A DNA stretch of 64,000 nucleotides from Candidatus Bathyarchaeota archaeon. Its GTDB lineage: Archaea; Thermoproteota; Bathyarchaeia; Bathyarchaeales; Bathycorpusculaceae. The notes under the pieces were generated by a model, which worked only from the letters and a program-made list of their open reading frames with translations, was not told the origin of the DNA and searched no databases. Positions 51,796 to 61,090 of this stretch are shown in pieces. A program made the position numbers and the translations under genes. Position 1 is the first letter of the stretch, and each line of letters starts with the position of its first letter. Location of the stretch: assembly GCA_963833575.1 (NCBI GenBank), contig CAWHXY010000004.1, positions 1,088,001-1,152,000 on the forward strand. Direction: 5' to 3'.

Positions 51796-52206
51796 ATGCC
51801 CGCAAAGAAAGTCTTAGTTGTTAGTGGAAAAAGAAAAACCGCAGTTGCCCGAGCCGTAGTTAGACAAGGCGTTGGTAAAGTGCGAATAAATATGACTCCA
51901 GTTGAAATTTACGAACCAGACATTGCACGCGCAAAAATAATGGAGCCGCTACTGCAGGCAGGCGGAGAAGTCTGGCAACAATTGGACATGGATGTTCAAA
52001 CCAGCGGCGGAGGCTACATGGGTCAAGCAGAAGCAGCTCGTATGGCAGTTGCAAACGCACTTCTAAAATGGACAAAGAGCACTCATCTGCGAACAGTCTT
52101 CAGTGAATATGATAGAACCATGATTGCAGGGGACAGCCGAGCTAAAGAAACCAAAAAGTTCGGTGGAGCCGGCGCGCGATCAAAAGAACAGAAAAGCTAT
52201 AGGTAA
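51796..52206 (+). CDS. rps9: 30S ribosomal protein S9
   Basis: SGKRKTAVARA, GGG..GQAEA.R, QKSYR; ATG at 51796. Confidence 0.96.
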   Translation: MPAKKVLVVSGKRKTAVARAVVRQGVGKVRINMTPVEIYEPDIARAKIMEPLLQAGGEVWQQLDMDVQTSGGGYMGQAEAARMAVANALLKWTKSTHLRTVFSEYDRTMIAGDSRAKETKKFGGAGARSKEQKSYR

Positions 52207-52220
52207 GGTGAAAAAACAGA

Positions 52221-52451
52221 ATGATAATTCCCGTAAGATGCTTCACCTGCGGCAAACTGGTTGGAGACCAATGGGAAGAATTCACCCGCCGAATCAAAAC
52301 AGGCGAAAATGCAAGTGACATCTTAGATAGCCTTGGCTTGAAACGGTACTGTTGCAGACGCATGCTACTCTCAAATGTCGAAATTATCGACGAGGTTCTG
52401 CGCTTCTACGAAGAAGCAGAGAAAAGAAAAGAAGCACGCAACTTCTATTAA
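52221..52451 (+). CDS. rpoN: RNA polymerase subunit N (Rpo10)
   Basis: [18 protein letters not shown]. Confidence 0.97.
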   Translation: MIIPVRCFTCGKLVGDQWEEFTRRIKTGENASDILDSLGLKRYCCRRMLLSNVEIIDEVLRFYEEAEKRKEARNFY

Positions 52452-52576
52452 TTTTCTTTCATTTTTTCAAATAAATAATTGTTTTTGTTTCATGTCATTT
52501 TTTTAAAATACTGGGCATGATAATTCTTCCTACAAAGCATTAAAGCGAAATACACGCAACAGAACATAGATACCCA

Positions 52577-53173
52577 ATGAGCCCTAAATGGTTTTCAAAC
52601 AAACCGTCAGGTCCACCTAACGCAAAAATTGAGTTAACTGCGCAAAAACCCCAATACTGTTTAGGAGAACAAGTAAGCGGTACAGTAAAAATTTCTTCAG
52701 ACGAAGAATTCGAAGTTAACCAAGCTGTTGTTTGCTTGACTTGCAATGAAAATATCAAAAAGACACGGATTTCGGGAACTCAATATGGCACTTTTCAAAG
52801 CGAATATTGGGACGGTGGCGTCATATATACTGCCTCTTGCAAATTATTTGGCGCTGCACATATGCCCATAGGGTTTATCGCGACCTATCCTTATGCATTG
52901 ACTATTTCTGATGCGGCTTTGGAAACGCTCTACAGCGTTGACCATTATGTCAAGTGGTTGTTGAATGCAACTCTGGTAGCGAATGGTCGCCCAAGCATTC
53001 AAACAACAACATATGAAATACAGGTTAGACGACCGCAAATAAGCCAAACTTCACCCGCTATTGTTAAGGAGATAGAGCGAGAAATTGTATTGATACCCTG
53101 CTCTTACTGCAGTGTACTGATGCCTCAAACAGCAATCTTTTGTCCAAATTGTGGAGCTCGTAGAAAAACGTAA
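52577..53173 (+). CDS. Arrestin-N/Spo0M-like beta-sandwich protein with C-terminal Zn ribbon
   Basis: Y..GEQVSGTV.I, YPY.L.I, VKW.L.A.L...GR; C-terminal CSYC...FCPNCG. Confidence 0.55.
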   Translation: MSPKWFSNKPSGPPNAKIELTAQKPQYCLGEQVSGTVKISSDEEFEVNQAVVCLTCNENIKKTRISGTQYGTFQSEYWDGGVIYTASCKLFGAAHMPIGFIATYPYALTISDAALETLYSVDHYVKWLLNATLVANGRPSIQTTTYEIQVRRPQISQTSPAIVKEIEREIVLIPCSYCSVLMPQTAIFCPNCGARRKT

Positions 53174-53387
53174 AGAGTGATTTGATGGTTAAGTTTTCTT
53201 TGAATTGATCAATTAAAGTGCTAAAGTATTTCTAGAACATGTTTAGGCGCTGTACTGGATTCTTTTGAAACATCAGGTTGACCGAGGAGATAGATTGTAT
53301 TATGGGAAGAAAGAGCTGCGTAAAAAGCAAGCGTTAAGGACAAAGGCGAAGGTCAAAAACAAAAGTTTAGAAACTGGAAAAAAGAAC

Positions 53388-54191
53388 CTATTGTGAGTAT
53401 AGTTTCTCGTATGGTCTTTTTGAGATTGGCAGTATTTTCTTGAATTTTCCCGCCATGATTTCTTCGGGGGCAACGCCGAAGTGGTTGCAGTATTCGTTAA
53501 CTAAGCTCTCAATCTTTTTTAAGTCGCGTTTCCCAACATCCATTATTTTTGCTCCATTTACTGGTTCAAGTATTTCTCCGCGTTCATAGATGACACCGCC
53601 ATGCATTCCTGTGCCGACAAATTTTGCGTTGCATTTTTCTCCTTGCTTTAGGTTTAAGCCTAAGATGACCATTACTCCGCCTGCCATGTACTCTGCCAAG
53701 AAGTCGCCTGCCGAATGTCCGATGACGATTTGTGGGATTTTGTGTTGGTACTCTTTCATGTGAATGCCAACACGGTAGCCAACGTAGTCGCGAATGAAGA
53801 TTTTTCCCCCTCGCATAGAGTTGCCTGTAACGTCTCCAGCGTGTCCATGTATAATTATCTGTCCTTCGTTCATTGTATTGCCCGATCCATCCTGCCCATT
53901 GCCGTGCACCACAATTTTTGGTCCGTTCATGAAAGCACCAAGGTCATTTCCCGGGGTTCCATAGATGTCAATTTGGATATTTTTGTCAAGGTCAGTGCCA
54001 ATGTATCGTTGCCCACAGACGTTTCTTATCTCAATTCTTTCAATGCCGTTGGCACAGATTGCTTGTCGCAGTAAACAATTGAGGTCTCTGTAGTAGAGTC
54101 CTTCAGCATCAACTTTTAAGACATTGTTTTCTTTTGTAATTTTTGGAAGATATTTGTGGTCAATTTCTAACTTCGGTTTTTGTTCAAGCAT
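53388..54191 (-). CDS. Glutamate synthase domain 3 (GXGXG beta-helix) protein
   Basis: GQRYIG, GTPGNDLGAFM, AEYMAGG, GTGMHGG. Confidence 0.9.
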   Translation of the reverse strand: MLEQKPKLEIDHKYLPKITKENNVLKVDAEGLYYRDLNCLLRQAICANGIERIEIRNVCGQRYIGTDLDKNIQIDIYGTPGNDLGAFMNGPKIVVHGNGQDGSGNTMNEGQIIIHGHAGDVTGNSMRGGKIFIRDYVGYRVGIHMKEYQHKIPQIVIGHSAGDFLAEYMAGGVMVILGLNLKQGEKCNAKFVGTGMHGGVIYERGEILEPVNGAKIMDVGKRDLKKIESLVNEYCNHFGVAPEEIMAGKFKKILPISKRPYEKLYSQ

Positions 54192-54195
54192 CGTT

Positions 54196-55707
54196 TTACT
54201 CTCCCGCCAATTTTACGCCCAAGATTTTAGATTCAGCCCGGCTTAACCCAACTCCTCTAAGCGCCAGTCGGTTGCCTCGTAAGCTTTCAATAGCGTTTAT
54301 ACCCATGCCGCCCATCATGTCTTTAATTTCTAAGCTCCAGCTGTTAAGCATGTTAACGAGGCGTTTTGAAGCAATGTCGGGGTTTATGCGTTTGCTAATC
54401 CATGGATCGCTTGTAGCAATACCCCAAGGGCATTTGCCTGTATAGCAACGCTGGCAAACTGTACAGCCCATAGCTATCAGAGCTGCCGTTCCAATGTACA
54501 CAGCGTCAGCTCCCAGTGCTACAGCCTTAAACACGTCAGCGCTACTTCTGATACCGCCTGCTATCACGACGGAAGCTTGGTTGCGTATGCCCTCCTCTCG
54601 TAAGCGTTGATCAACTTGCCCAAGAGCTAACTCGATGGGTATGCCTACGTTATCTCTAATTACTTTGGGTGCTGCACCAGTCGCGCCTCTGACACCGTCA
54701 AGAGCAATTATGTCTGCCCCAGCCCTAACCATACCGCTGGCTATTGCCGCTGAATTGTGAACTGCTGCGATTTTCACTGAAATTGGTTTAGTATAGTTTG
54801 TAGCTTCTTTTAACGCGTAAATTAATTGACGTAAGTCTTCGATTGAGTAAATATCATGCTGTGGGTAAGGCGAAAGCGCATCGGTGCCTTCAGGAATCAT
54901 GCGTGTCTTGGCTACGTGCTCAGTTACTTTTTCACCTGGCAAGTGGCCGCCTATTCCTGGTTTTGCACCTTGGCCAATTTTGATTTCTACAGCTGCCCCA
55001 GCGTTTAGGTATTTCGGATGCACGCCAAATCGTCCTGATGCAACTTGAACGATAGCATGTTCGCCATATTTGTAGAGGCTTTGGTCTAAGCCGCCTTCGC
55101 CAGTGTTAAAGTAAGTGCCGCATTCAGTAGCTGCGCGAGCTAGGGATTCGTGAACGTTTAGGCTGATTGCACCATAAGACATGGCTGAGAACATTACAGG
55201 GATATCAAGGCAGAGTTGTGGTGTAAGCTGGGTTCTTAATGATAGTTCACCGTTTTCCATCTGCATTTCCAGTTTGTCTGGTTTTGTACCAAGATAAGTT
55301 CGAATTTCCATTGGTTCACGTAGCGGATCTATGGATGGGTTGGTTACTTGACTCGCGTTTAGGAGTAGTCTGTCCCAGTAAGTGTAGTCTGGTTTGTCAC
55401 AACCCATTCCCGTTAAGATTACTCCGCCGCTTTCTGCTTGTTTTTTCACATCGCGGATTGCGTCAAATGTCCAATTGGCGTTTTCTCTATTGACATTGGG
55501 GTTCTTTCTTATTGTAATTGCGTGGGTTGGGCAGAATGTTACGCAGCGTTGACAGTTAACGCAGTTCTCGTCTTTACTGAAAACTGTGTCTGTGTCGGCG
55601 TCGTAGTAATGGGTTTCGTATGTGCACTGGTTAATGCATACTTTGCACCGTATGCAACGTTTCTCGTCGCGTTCAACTAGGTACTCGGGGATTACGTAAG
55701 TTTTCAT
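54196..55707 (-). CDS. Glutamate synthase FMN-binding domain protein with N-terminal ferredoxin
   Basis: MSYGAIS, NTGEGG, QVASGRFG, KIGQGAKPG.GGHLPG; 2x CxxCxxCxxxC; C-x2-C-x2-C-x4-CP. Confidence 0.93.
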   Translation of the reverse strand: MKTYVIPEYLVERDEKRCIRCKVCINQCTYETHYYDADTDTVFSKDENCVNCQRCVTFCPTHAITIRKNPNVNRENANWTFDAIRDVKKQAESGGVILTGMGCDKPDYTYWDRLLLNASQVTNPSIDPLREPMEIRTYLGTKPDKLEMQMENGELSLRTQLTPQLCLDIPVMFSAMSYGAISLNVHESLARAATECGTYFNTGEGGLDQSLYKYGEHAIVQVASGRFGVHPKYLNAGAAVEIKIGQGAKPGIGGHLPGEKVTEHVAKTRMIPEGTDALSPYPQHDIYSIEDLRQLIYALKEATNYTKPISVKIAAVHNSAAIASGMVRAGADIIALDGVRGATGAAPKVIRDNVGIPIELALGQVDQRLREEGIRNQASVVIAGGIRSSADVFKAVALGADAVYIGTAALIAMGCTVCQRCYTGKCPWGIATSDPWISKRINPDIASKRLVNMLNSWSLEIKDMMGGMGINAIESLRGNRLALRGVGLSRAESKILGVKLAGE

Positions 55708-56846
55708 TGTGTTTTTCCTCCGGCTAAAACCTCAAGGGTTTTAGGGTTCATGTTTTTTAGTCTTGCAACAACTGGTTCTCCGCCTCTGGGTGCCCAGAAA
55801 TGGTCAAGGTGAGGTGAAACAAGGCGCATAGCTGATTCTTCAGATGATAGATACATGTAGTCGCCGTTTGTGCCAGCAACCATTGGTCGCAGTTTGATTC
55901 TGTCGGTTAGTCCTATCATTTCGCCGTGGTGAGCAATAATTATGCTAAAAGGTCCATTCATCAGTAAGCTGCCGTAAGTTTGACGAAGCGTTCTTAGCAA
56001 CTGCGCTTTTTTGGGTTCCATTTGGTCTATTTCCTCCCAGAGTGGCGCAGATAGGATTTGGGCAACTATCTCAATTGGTAGGTTTTCTCTTCGCATTAGT
56101 AAGTCAACTGTATATGCTAGCACTTCAGTGTCTGTTTGCATGGTGCATTTGTAACCATACATTTCTAAGTAACGGCGATTTATGCCGTAAGATGAAAGTT
56201 CACCGTTGTGCACTACTGTCCAGTCTAATATGTTGAATGGATGTGCTCCTCCCCACCAGCCTGGAGTATTTGTCGGGAATCTGCTGTGGCATGACCACAA
56301 GTATCCTTGGTAATCTTCTAGACAGAAGAAATCTGCAACGTCTTCTGGAAAGCCAACGCCTTTGAATACACCCATATTTTTGCCGCTTGAGAAAACAAAT
56401 GCTTTTCCCGTTTCAGTGTTAATGCGCATGATAGTTTCTATCACGTAATCTTCTTCGGTTTGATTTTCGGGTCGAAGTTTTTTGGGTTGAACAAAATATC
56501 GCCAAACTAATGGCGGATTGTGAACGTTGGCTGGTCTTGTTTGCATTTCTTCTTCGTAAATTGTGTCAAATTTTGAAGCGAGTATACGATCAGTTTTTTC
56601 TTTCGAATCTTTGCTTAGGTACATTATGTGGAAAGCGTAGTGATCTTTGAATTCTGGGTATATGCCGTAAACTGCAAAGCCGCCACCTAGACCGTTGCCG
56701 CGATCGTGCATGTTCGTAATCGCTTTGACTGGATCCTTTGAGCTAAAGCGTTTGCCTTCCGTATTCATCATGCCGAAAAGAGCGCAGCCTGAGAAATCCT
56801 TGTCATCTCCAAATGGATTGATTATTTTTCTGTCTTGTTGGTTCAT
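55704..56846 (-). CDS. Glutamate synthase glutamine amidotransferase (class II) domain protein
   Basis: SGCALFG Ntn Cys after short propeptide, HSRFPTNT, HPF, HNGE, TDTE, DRIKLRP. Confidence 0.92.
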   Translation of the reverse strand: MNQQDRKIINPFGDDKDFSGCALFGMMNTEGKRFSSKDPVKAITNMHDRGNGLGGGFAVYGIYPEFKDHYAFHIMYLSKDSKEKTDRILASKFDTIYEEEMQTRPANVHNPPLVWRYFVQPKKLRPENQTEEDYVIETIMRINTETGKAFVFSSGKNMGVFKGVGFPEDVADFFCLEDYQGYLWSCHSRFPTNTPGWWGGAHPFNILDWTVVHNGELSSYGINRRYLEMYGYKCTMQTDTEVLAYTVDLLMRRENLPIEIVAQILSAPLWEEIDQMEPKKAQLLRTLRQTYGSLLMNGPFSIIIAHHGEMIGLTDRIKLRPMVAGTNGDYMYLSSEESAMRLVSPHLDHFWAPRGGEPVVARLKNMNPKTLEVLAGGKTQ

Positions 56847-56847
56847 T

Positions 56848-58128
56848 TTATTGCACCACACTCATTTTTCTCTGAAGCCCGACCGGCAAATTTGCCCAGC
56901 TGAAGTCGTCTGAGAGGATTTCTTGCTTGAATTTTTTTACGTTTATTGCATTTTTCATTAGGTAGAATAATATGCCTGCGCGTTCAATGCTGTTGACAAG
57001 CGTTATGCCCACGATAACGTTGTTTCTGAGAACCAGTTTTTTGTAGATGTTATGTTCAAAGTCTTGGTTAATGAGCACTTCCAACGTTGGGTCTTCTTTT
57101 GGGTTAGCTAAACCTATTGAGACGAGGGGTATGCCAAAGTATTTGAGGCTGCTCATGTTTGTGCCGCCGCCGTAGGTGGTTGTTTTGCCTGCCATATTGT
57201 AGCCTGCAACTTGTCCTTCCAAAACTGCTAAGGGCCAAAGGGGCAAGGTGCGGTTTTGGTTAATTATAAAGTCATAAGCCTCAGCAACATCACCACTGGC
57301 GTAAACGTCAGGTACGCTTGTCTGCATTAGATTGTCAACCACTATTCCCCTGTTAATTTTTACAGCACTTCCAGCAACCAAATCTGTGCGCGGAATAACC
57401 CCGATAGCCATGATAACAAGGTCACACGCGACTTGTGCTCCTTTAGTTAATAGCACTCCGCCGACGACACCGTCGTTGTCTGGTTTGCCCAAGATTTTCT
57501 GGACAGATTGGCCTGTAACAACATTGACGCCTGCTTTCTTGACAACAGCTTCTACAATATCTGAACCTTTAGCATCTAAGAGCAAGCTGAGAATTTTATC
57601 TTGCAACTCAACCATTGTAACTTTCAAGCCACGTTTAACGAGTGCCTCTGTTACGCTTATACCGATAAGTCCCCCTCCTATCACTACTGCAGCCTTGGCG
57701 TTTATCGCGTCAATTTTAGCGATAATCCGCTGGGCATCCCCAATAGTGGTAAATGTGAATACGCCATCCTTGTCTGAGCCCTCGGTCTTTGGAACGAAGG
57801 GTTTGCCGCCTGTTGCAAGTAATAGCTTTTCGTATGAGACTTTTTCGCCGCTTTCAAGCTGGACCGTTTTTTCAGTAAGGTTTAGAGCTATGGCTTTTTT
57901 GCCCATTAAGGTTTCTACGTTGTTTTCTTTCCAGAATTCCTCGGTTCGGCAGTTGATTTTTTTCATGTCTGCTTTGCCGCTGACAAAGTCGCTAATCATG
58001 GGGCGGCTGTAATGTGAGCATGTTTCATCTGTGATTACTGTTATGGTTCCAGTTGGGTCTACTTCTCTTATTGCTTCAACTGCGCCTAAGCCTGCTGCTG
58101 AAGCTCCCACAATTACGTACTTTGACAT
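56848..58128 (-). CDS. FAD-dependent NAD(P)H oxidoreductase
   Basis: IVGASAAG, LLLATG, IGGGLIG, YASGDVAE. Confidence 0.9.
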   Translation of the reverse strand: MSKYVIVGASAAGLGAVEAIREVDPTGTITVITDETCSHYSRPMISDFVSGKADMKKINCRTEEFWKENNVETLMGKKAIALNLTEKTVQLESGEKVSYEKLLLATGGKPFVPKTEGSDKDGVFTFTTIGDAQRIIAKIDAINAKAAVVIGGGLIGISVTEALVKRGLKVTMVELQDKILSLLLDAKGSDIVEAVVKKAGVNVVTGQSVQKILGKPDNDGVVGGVLLTKGAQVACDLVIMAIGVIPRTDLVAGSAVKINRGIVVDNLMQTSVPDVYASGDVAEAYDFIINQNRTLPLWPLAVLEGQVAGYNMAGKTTTYGGGTNMSSLKYFGIPLVSIGLANPKEDPTLEVLINQDFEHNIYKKLVLRNNVIVGITLVNSIERAGILFYLMKNAINVKKFKQEILSDDFSWANLPVGLQRKMSVVQ

Positions 58129-58129
58129 T

Positions 58130-58576
58130 TTACGGTTTCACCTCTTTGAATACTAATGCTTGATTTGGGCAATTGGCAACGCATGCTGGCTCGTCGAAGC
58201 CTTGGCATAAATCGCATTTAGTGACTACGTGTCCTTCTATGTCCATTTTTATGGCGCCATAGGGACAAATCATTATACAGGTCCAGCAGCCCATGCATTT
58301 GTCTTTGTTGTGGGTTACTTGTCCTGTTTTTTCGTCTTTTTGCATTGCTCCTGATAAACAAGCGGTTACGCATGGGGCGTAGTCGCAGTGGCGGCATTGG
58401 ATTGCGAAAGACACGGGTTTGTTTCTCTCTACTGTTACTCTGCTTATTGGTTTGGGTCGTTCGCTATTGTAGGCTTTGACTATGTCTTTTGATTTTGAAT
58501 GTTGGACTGTACAGTATACTTCGCATAGTCCGCAGCCTATGCATACTTCTTGTTTTGCGATTATTCTTTTCACCAT
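58130..58576 (-). CDS. 4Fe-4S dicluster electron-transfer protein (CooF/HydN-like)
   Basis: CIGCGLCEVYC, CRHC..APC...C, CMGCWTC...CP, KCDLC; ATG at 58576 after GAGG. Confidence 0.9.
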   Translation of the reverse strand: MVKRIIAKQEVCIGCGLCEVYCTVQHSKSKDIVKAYNSERPKPISRVTVERNKPVSFAIQCRHCDYAPCVTACLSGAMQKDEKTGQVTHNKDKCMGCWTCIMICPYGAIKMDIEGHVVTKCDLCQGFDEPACVANCPNQALVFKEVKP

Positions 58577-58601
58577 AATTATGCCTCTTTGAATTTTGTG
58601 T

Positions 58602-58721
58602 TTAGCGTGGACAAGTGAGTATGTGAATATGTAGTTCCACGTTGTTTGTGCAAAAAGCACCGTTGGTTGTAGTTGATCGGTTACAAGTTGTAGCGATTAT
58701 TTTGCAGGTGTTGAATGCCAT
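58602..58721 (-). CDS. Possible 39-aa leader peptide of the glutamate synthase operon (not in ORF track)
   Basis: MAFNTCKIIATTCNRSTTTNGAFCTNNVELHIHILTCPR between putative TATA (~58767-58773) and first gene. Confidence 0.3.
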   Translation of the reverse strand: MAFNTCKIIATTCNRSTTTNGAFCTNNVELHIHILTCPR

Positions 58722-58809
58722 TTTTATCACTTTTTGGTTAGAGTTAGCGCATTTAATGCATGTATTCTATATAACTTTGTTGTTAATCATTTATATGCCA
58801 CTTCATGAA

Positions 58810-58833
58810 ATATGTTTAATATACGAAACATAT
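58810..58833. promoter_or_regulatory. Perfect inverted repeat ATATGTTT-N8-AAACATAT, candidate operator
   Basis: Lies just downstream of TTTATAT (~58790) and upstream of likely start of PhoU-like gene. Confidence 0.5.
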
Positions 58834-58838
58834 ATCTG

Positions 58839-59951
58839 GTGAGTGACTTGGCAGAAAAAGATCTAGGTTATAGACGAGTCCAATGCACTGGACGAGGCTC
58901 ATACATAATCTCATTGCCCAAAGAGTGGGTCCAAGACCTAGAACTAAAACGAGGCAGCGAAATAGCATTCAACATCCAACCAGACTCCACATTAACACTA
59001 GTTCCACGGAAGATTCAGGAAAAAGAAGGAAGAGGCAACGCAGCTAAACCTAAAGAATACTACATTAGCATTGACCCAAAAGAAAAAATACAATCTACTT
59101 TACGCATGACCCGCGCCTTATACGCAATAGGTGCCGACATAATTAGAGTCCACTTCAAAAACTCCCAAGATGCAGCAAAATACAAAAACGAAATAAAAAA
59201 CTTAGCCAGAGACAATTTCTTAGGTTCAGAAATAATCGATGAAACACCAGACGAAATCACACTGCAAATCCTAATCAAACACTCAGAATTCCCAATCGAA
59301 AAAGCAGTTAGACGAATGGCTATCGTGGCACTCGCAGCAAACAGAGATGCCATCGCCGCTCTAAAAGATAGAAGCACCTCTTTGTTTGACAGCGTTATCA
59401 ACTCTCACAACGATGTAAACCGTCTAGGACTCTACATTGTTCGCCAACTGAAGTATGGAATAGAGCGAAACCTATACCGTGAACTTGGTTTTCGAACGCC
59501 CAAAGAATTCCTGCTTTATCGCATAGCCGTAAACGATGTTGAAAGCATAGCCCAAAATGCTCTGAACATAATTAACAACCTTGGTTCCTTGCAAAAACTA
59601 ATCAACGATGAAACTCTTTTCATAAAAGACCCTATAGATGAAGAAATATACAATCAACTTGTCAATTACAGCACACAAGCACACCAACTCTACGATGACT
59701 CAATAAAAGCGCTCTTTAAAAGAGAATACAAAGATGCAGAAAAACTAATCTCTAAACGTGAATCATTAAAACCGCTGGAAAACGAGCTAATTATGCTGAT
59801 GTCAAGCAAAAAAATGGATCCAAACATAGCCTCTGTCCTGCGCTTGATTTTTGATAGTTCAAGACGCATTATGGATTACAGTGGAAACATGGCTGAGTTA
59901 ACACTCAACCGAACCGTAGAAGAACTATGCTCAACACTAGCGTACAAATAG
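58839..59951 (+). CDS. PhoU-family regulator with N-terminal AbrB domain
   Basis: RRVQCTGRGSYIISLPKEW AbrB motif plus two PhoU-like helical repeats; start uncertain (58812/58839/58848). Confidence 0.85.
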   Translation: MSDLAEKDLGYRRVQCTGRGSYIISLPKEWVQDLELKRGSEIAFNIQPDSTLTLVPRKIQEKEGRGNAAKPKEYYISIDPKEKIQSTLRMTRALYAIGADIIRVHFKNSQDAAKYKNEIKNLARDNFLGSEIIDETPDEITLQILIKHSEFPIEKAVRRMAIVALAANRDAIAALKDRSTSLFDSVINSHNDVNRLGLYIVRQLKYGIERNLYRELGFRTPKEFLLYRIAVNDVESIAQNALNIINNLGSLQKLINDETLFIKDPIDEEIYNQLVNYSTQAHQLYDDSIKALFKREYKDAEKLISKRESLKPLENELIMLMSSKKMDPNIASVLRLIFDSSRRIMDYSGNMAELTLNRTVEELCSTLAYK

Positions 59952-59982
59952 TTGCGCAATCTCCTTTTTCATAGTAAAATGG

Positions 59983-60091
59983 TGGTGCTCCGGCCGGGAT
60001 TTGGACCCGGGTCCGCGACTCGAGAGGCCGCTATACATAGTCCCTTAGTAAGAAGTCTTAGTAAGGTTTGACCGGACTATACTACCGGAGC
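59983..60091 (-). tRNA. tRNA-Glu (anticodon CTC) with 31-nt intron in the D-arm (60067-60037); CCA encoded
   Basis: Acceptor GCTCCGG/CCGGAGC, anticodon arm GCGGC-CTCTCGA-GTCGC, T arm CCGGG-TCCAAAT-CCCGG; bulge-helix-bulge-like junction GGTC/GACT. Confidence 0.92.
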
Positions 60092-60228
60092 ATTAGCAAA
60101 AAGGTGTGGTCTAACAAATAAATATCTTTTTATGGGTTCAGTAATTCTGCAAGAAATTAAGTTTCAAAGAAATACCTGAAGATACCAATCAAGACAGCGT
60201 TCTAAAAGAAGCAATTCTTGCTTGAATT

Positions 60229-60582
60229 TTAGGTTTCTTCATCAACATTTAAGAACTGTTTTATCTTTGCCATAATTTCCTGCAAACACTTCTGCGTGAG
60301 AGGGGGGTCATAAGGGATTCGGAGCACATCCCAACCTTGCAACTCCAAAAGCTCATCAATTTCACTGTCACGCGCTAATTGTTTATCTTTGCGATGAACG
60401 GGATTACCATCAAGATAAACAATTTTTCTTTTTTCAACCCAGCAAAAGTCAGGAACGGTAGATTTCAAAATAATAGGTTTTTGTGTAATCATACCGTTCG
60501 TTAATCCAACAATGCTTAGTGTTTGGAAAACAGCCATTTCTGCTTGGCTGACTCTAGGATGCATGTTTGCTTTGTAACTCAA
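60229..60582 (-). CDS. Vsr/DUF559-like PD-(D/E)XK endonuclease domain protein
   Basis: S.AE, PDF, YLDG..VH, RD..ID..L...GW.VLRI. Confidence 0.75.
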   Translation of the reverse strand: MSYKANMHPRVSQAEMAVFQTLSIVGLTNGMITQKPIILKSTVPDFCWVEKRKIVYLDGNPVHRKDKQLARDSEIDELLELQGWDVLRIPYDPPLTQKCLQEIMAKIKQFLNVDEET

Positions 60583-61090
60583 CTTGCATTCACTACCTTT
60601 GCGAGCACCTACTCAAGCGACTATGAAACGAGTCGACTCATACTGATCCTCGGAAAAGATCGTTCACGTGCGGCACGTTTAAAGAAAATAGTGGATGAGC
60701 CAATTGTAGCTTTAAAGATTAAACTTTGAGACATTCTTTTTGTTCTTCCTGCTTATAGACAAAACAGGAATACATTTCTAACCCTATTTAAAGCGTTGGA
60801 GAAACGACATCATCGACCAGGGGAGGGTATAGTAAAAGTGAAAAAGCATAAACCCTTTAGGCATAGGTGCTTGTTTGATTTCTTTTTTTGTCTAAGAATT
60901 TTGGTTGCTAAGTAATAATAAAGGTCATTGTAAATATTTGGACAGCAATATCTCCTATATACATGGTGGCCATGTTAAAGGGAAAAAAAACAGATACAAA
61001 CATAACGCTAAGACTTCTTAAGCGCCTCTAAAGGCCAATAATAAATTCTATACTGAAAAGCGATGTATTAAGTGCAAGAAATAACTAGAA

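Noticed and set aside
60620-60775. 51-aa minus-strand ORF upstream of the Vsr-like gene, and + strand ORF 60523..60729
   Set aside because: No motif or RBS; either could be chance.
61008-61020. 13-nt match CTAAGACTTCTTA to the tRNA-Glu intron core, inverted, ~1 kb away
   Set aside because: Short, AT-rich and partly palindromic; no flanking tRNA similarity, so not supportable as an att site or split-tRNA piece.
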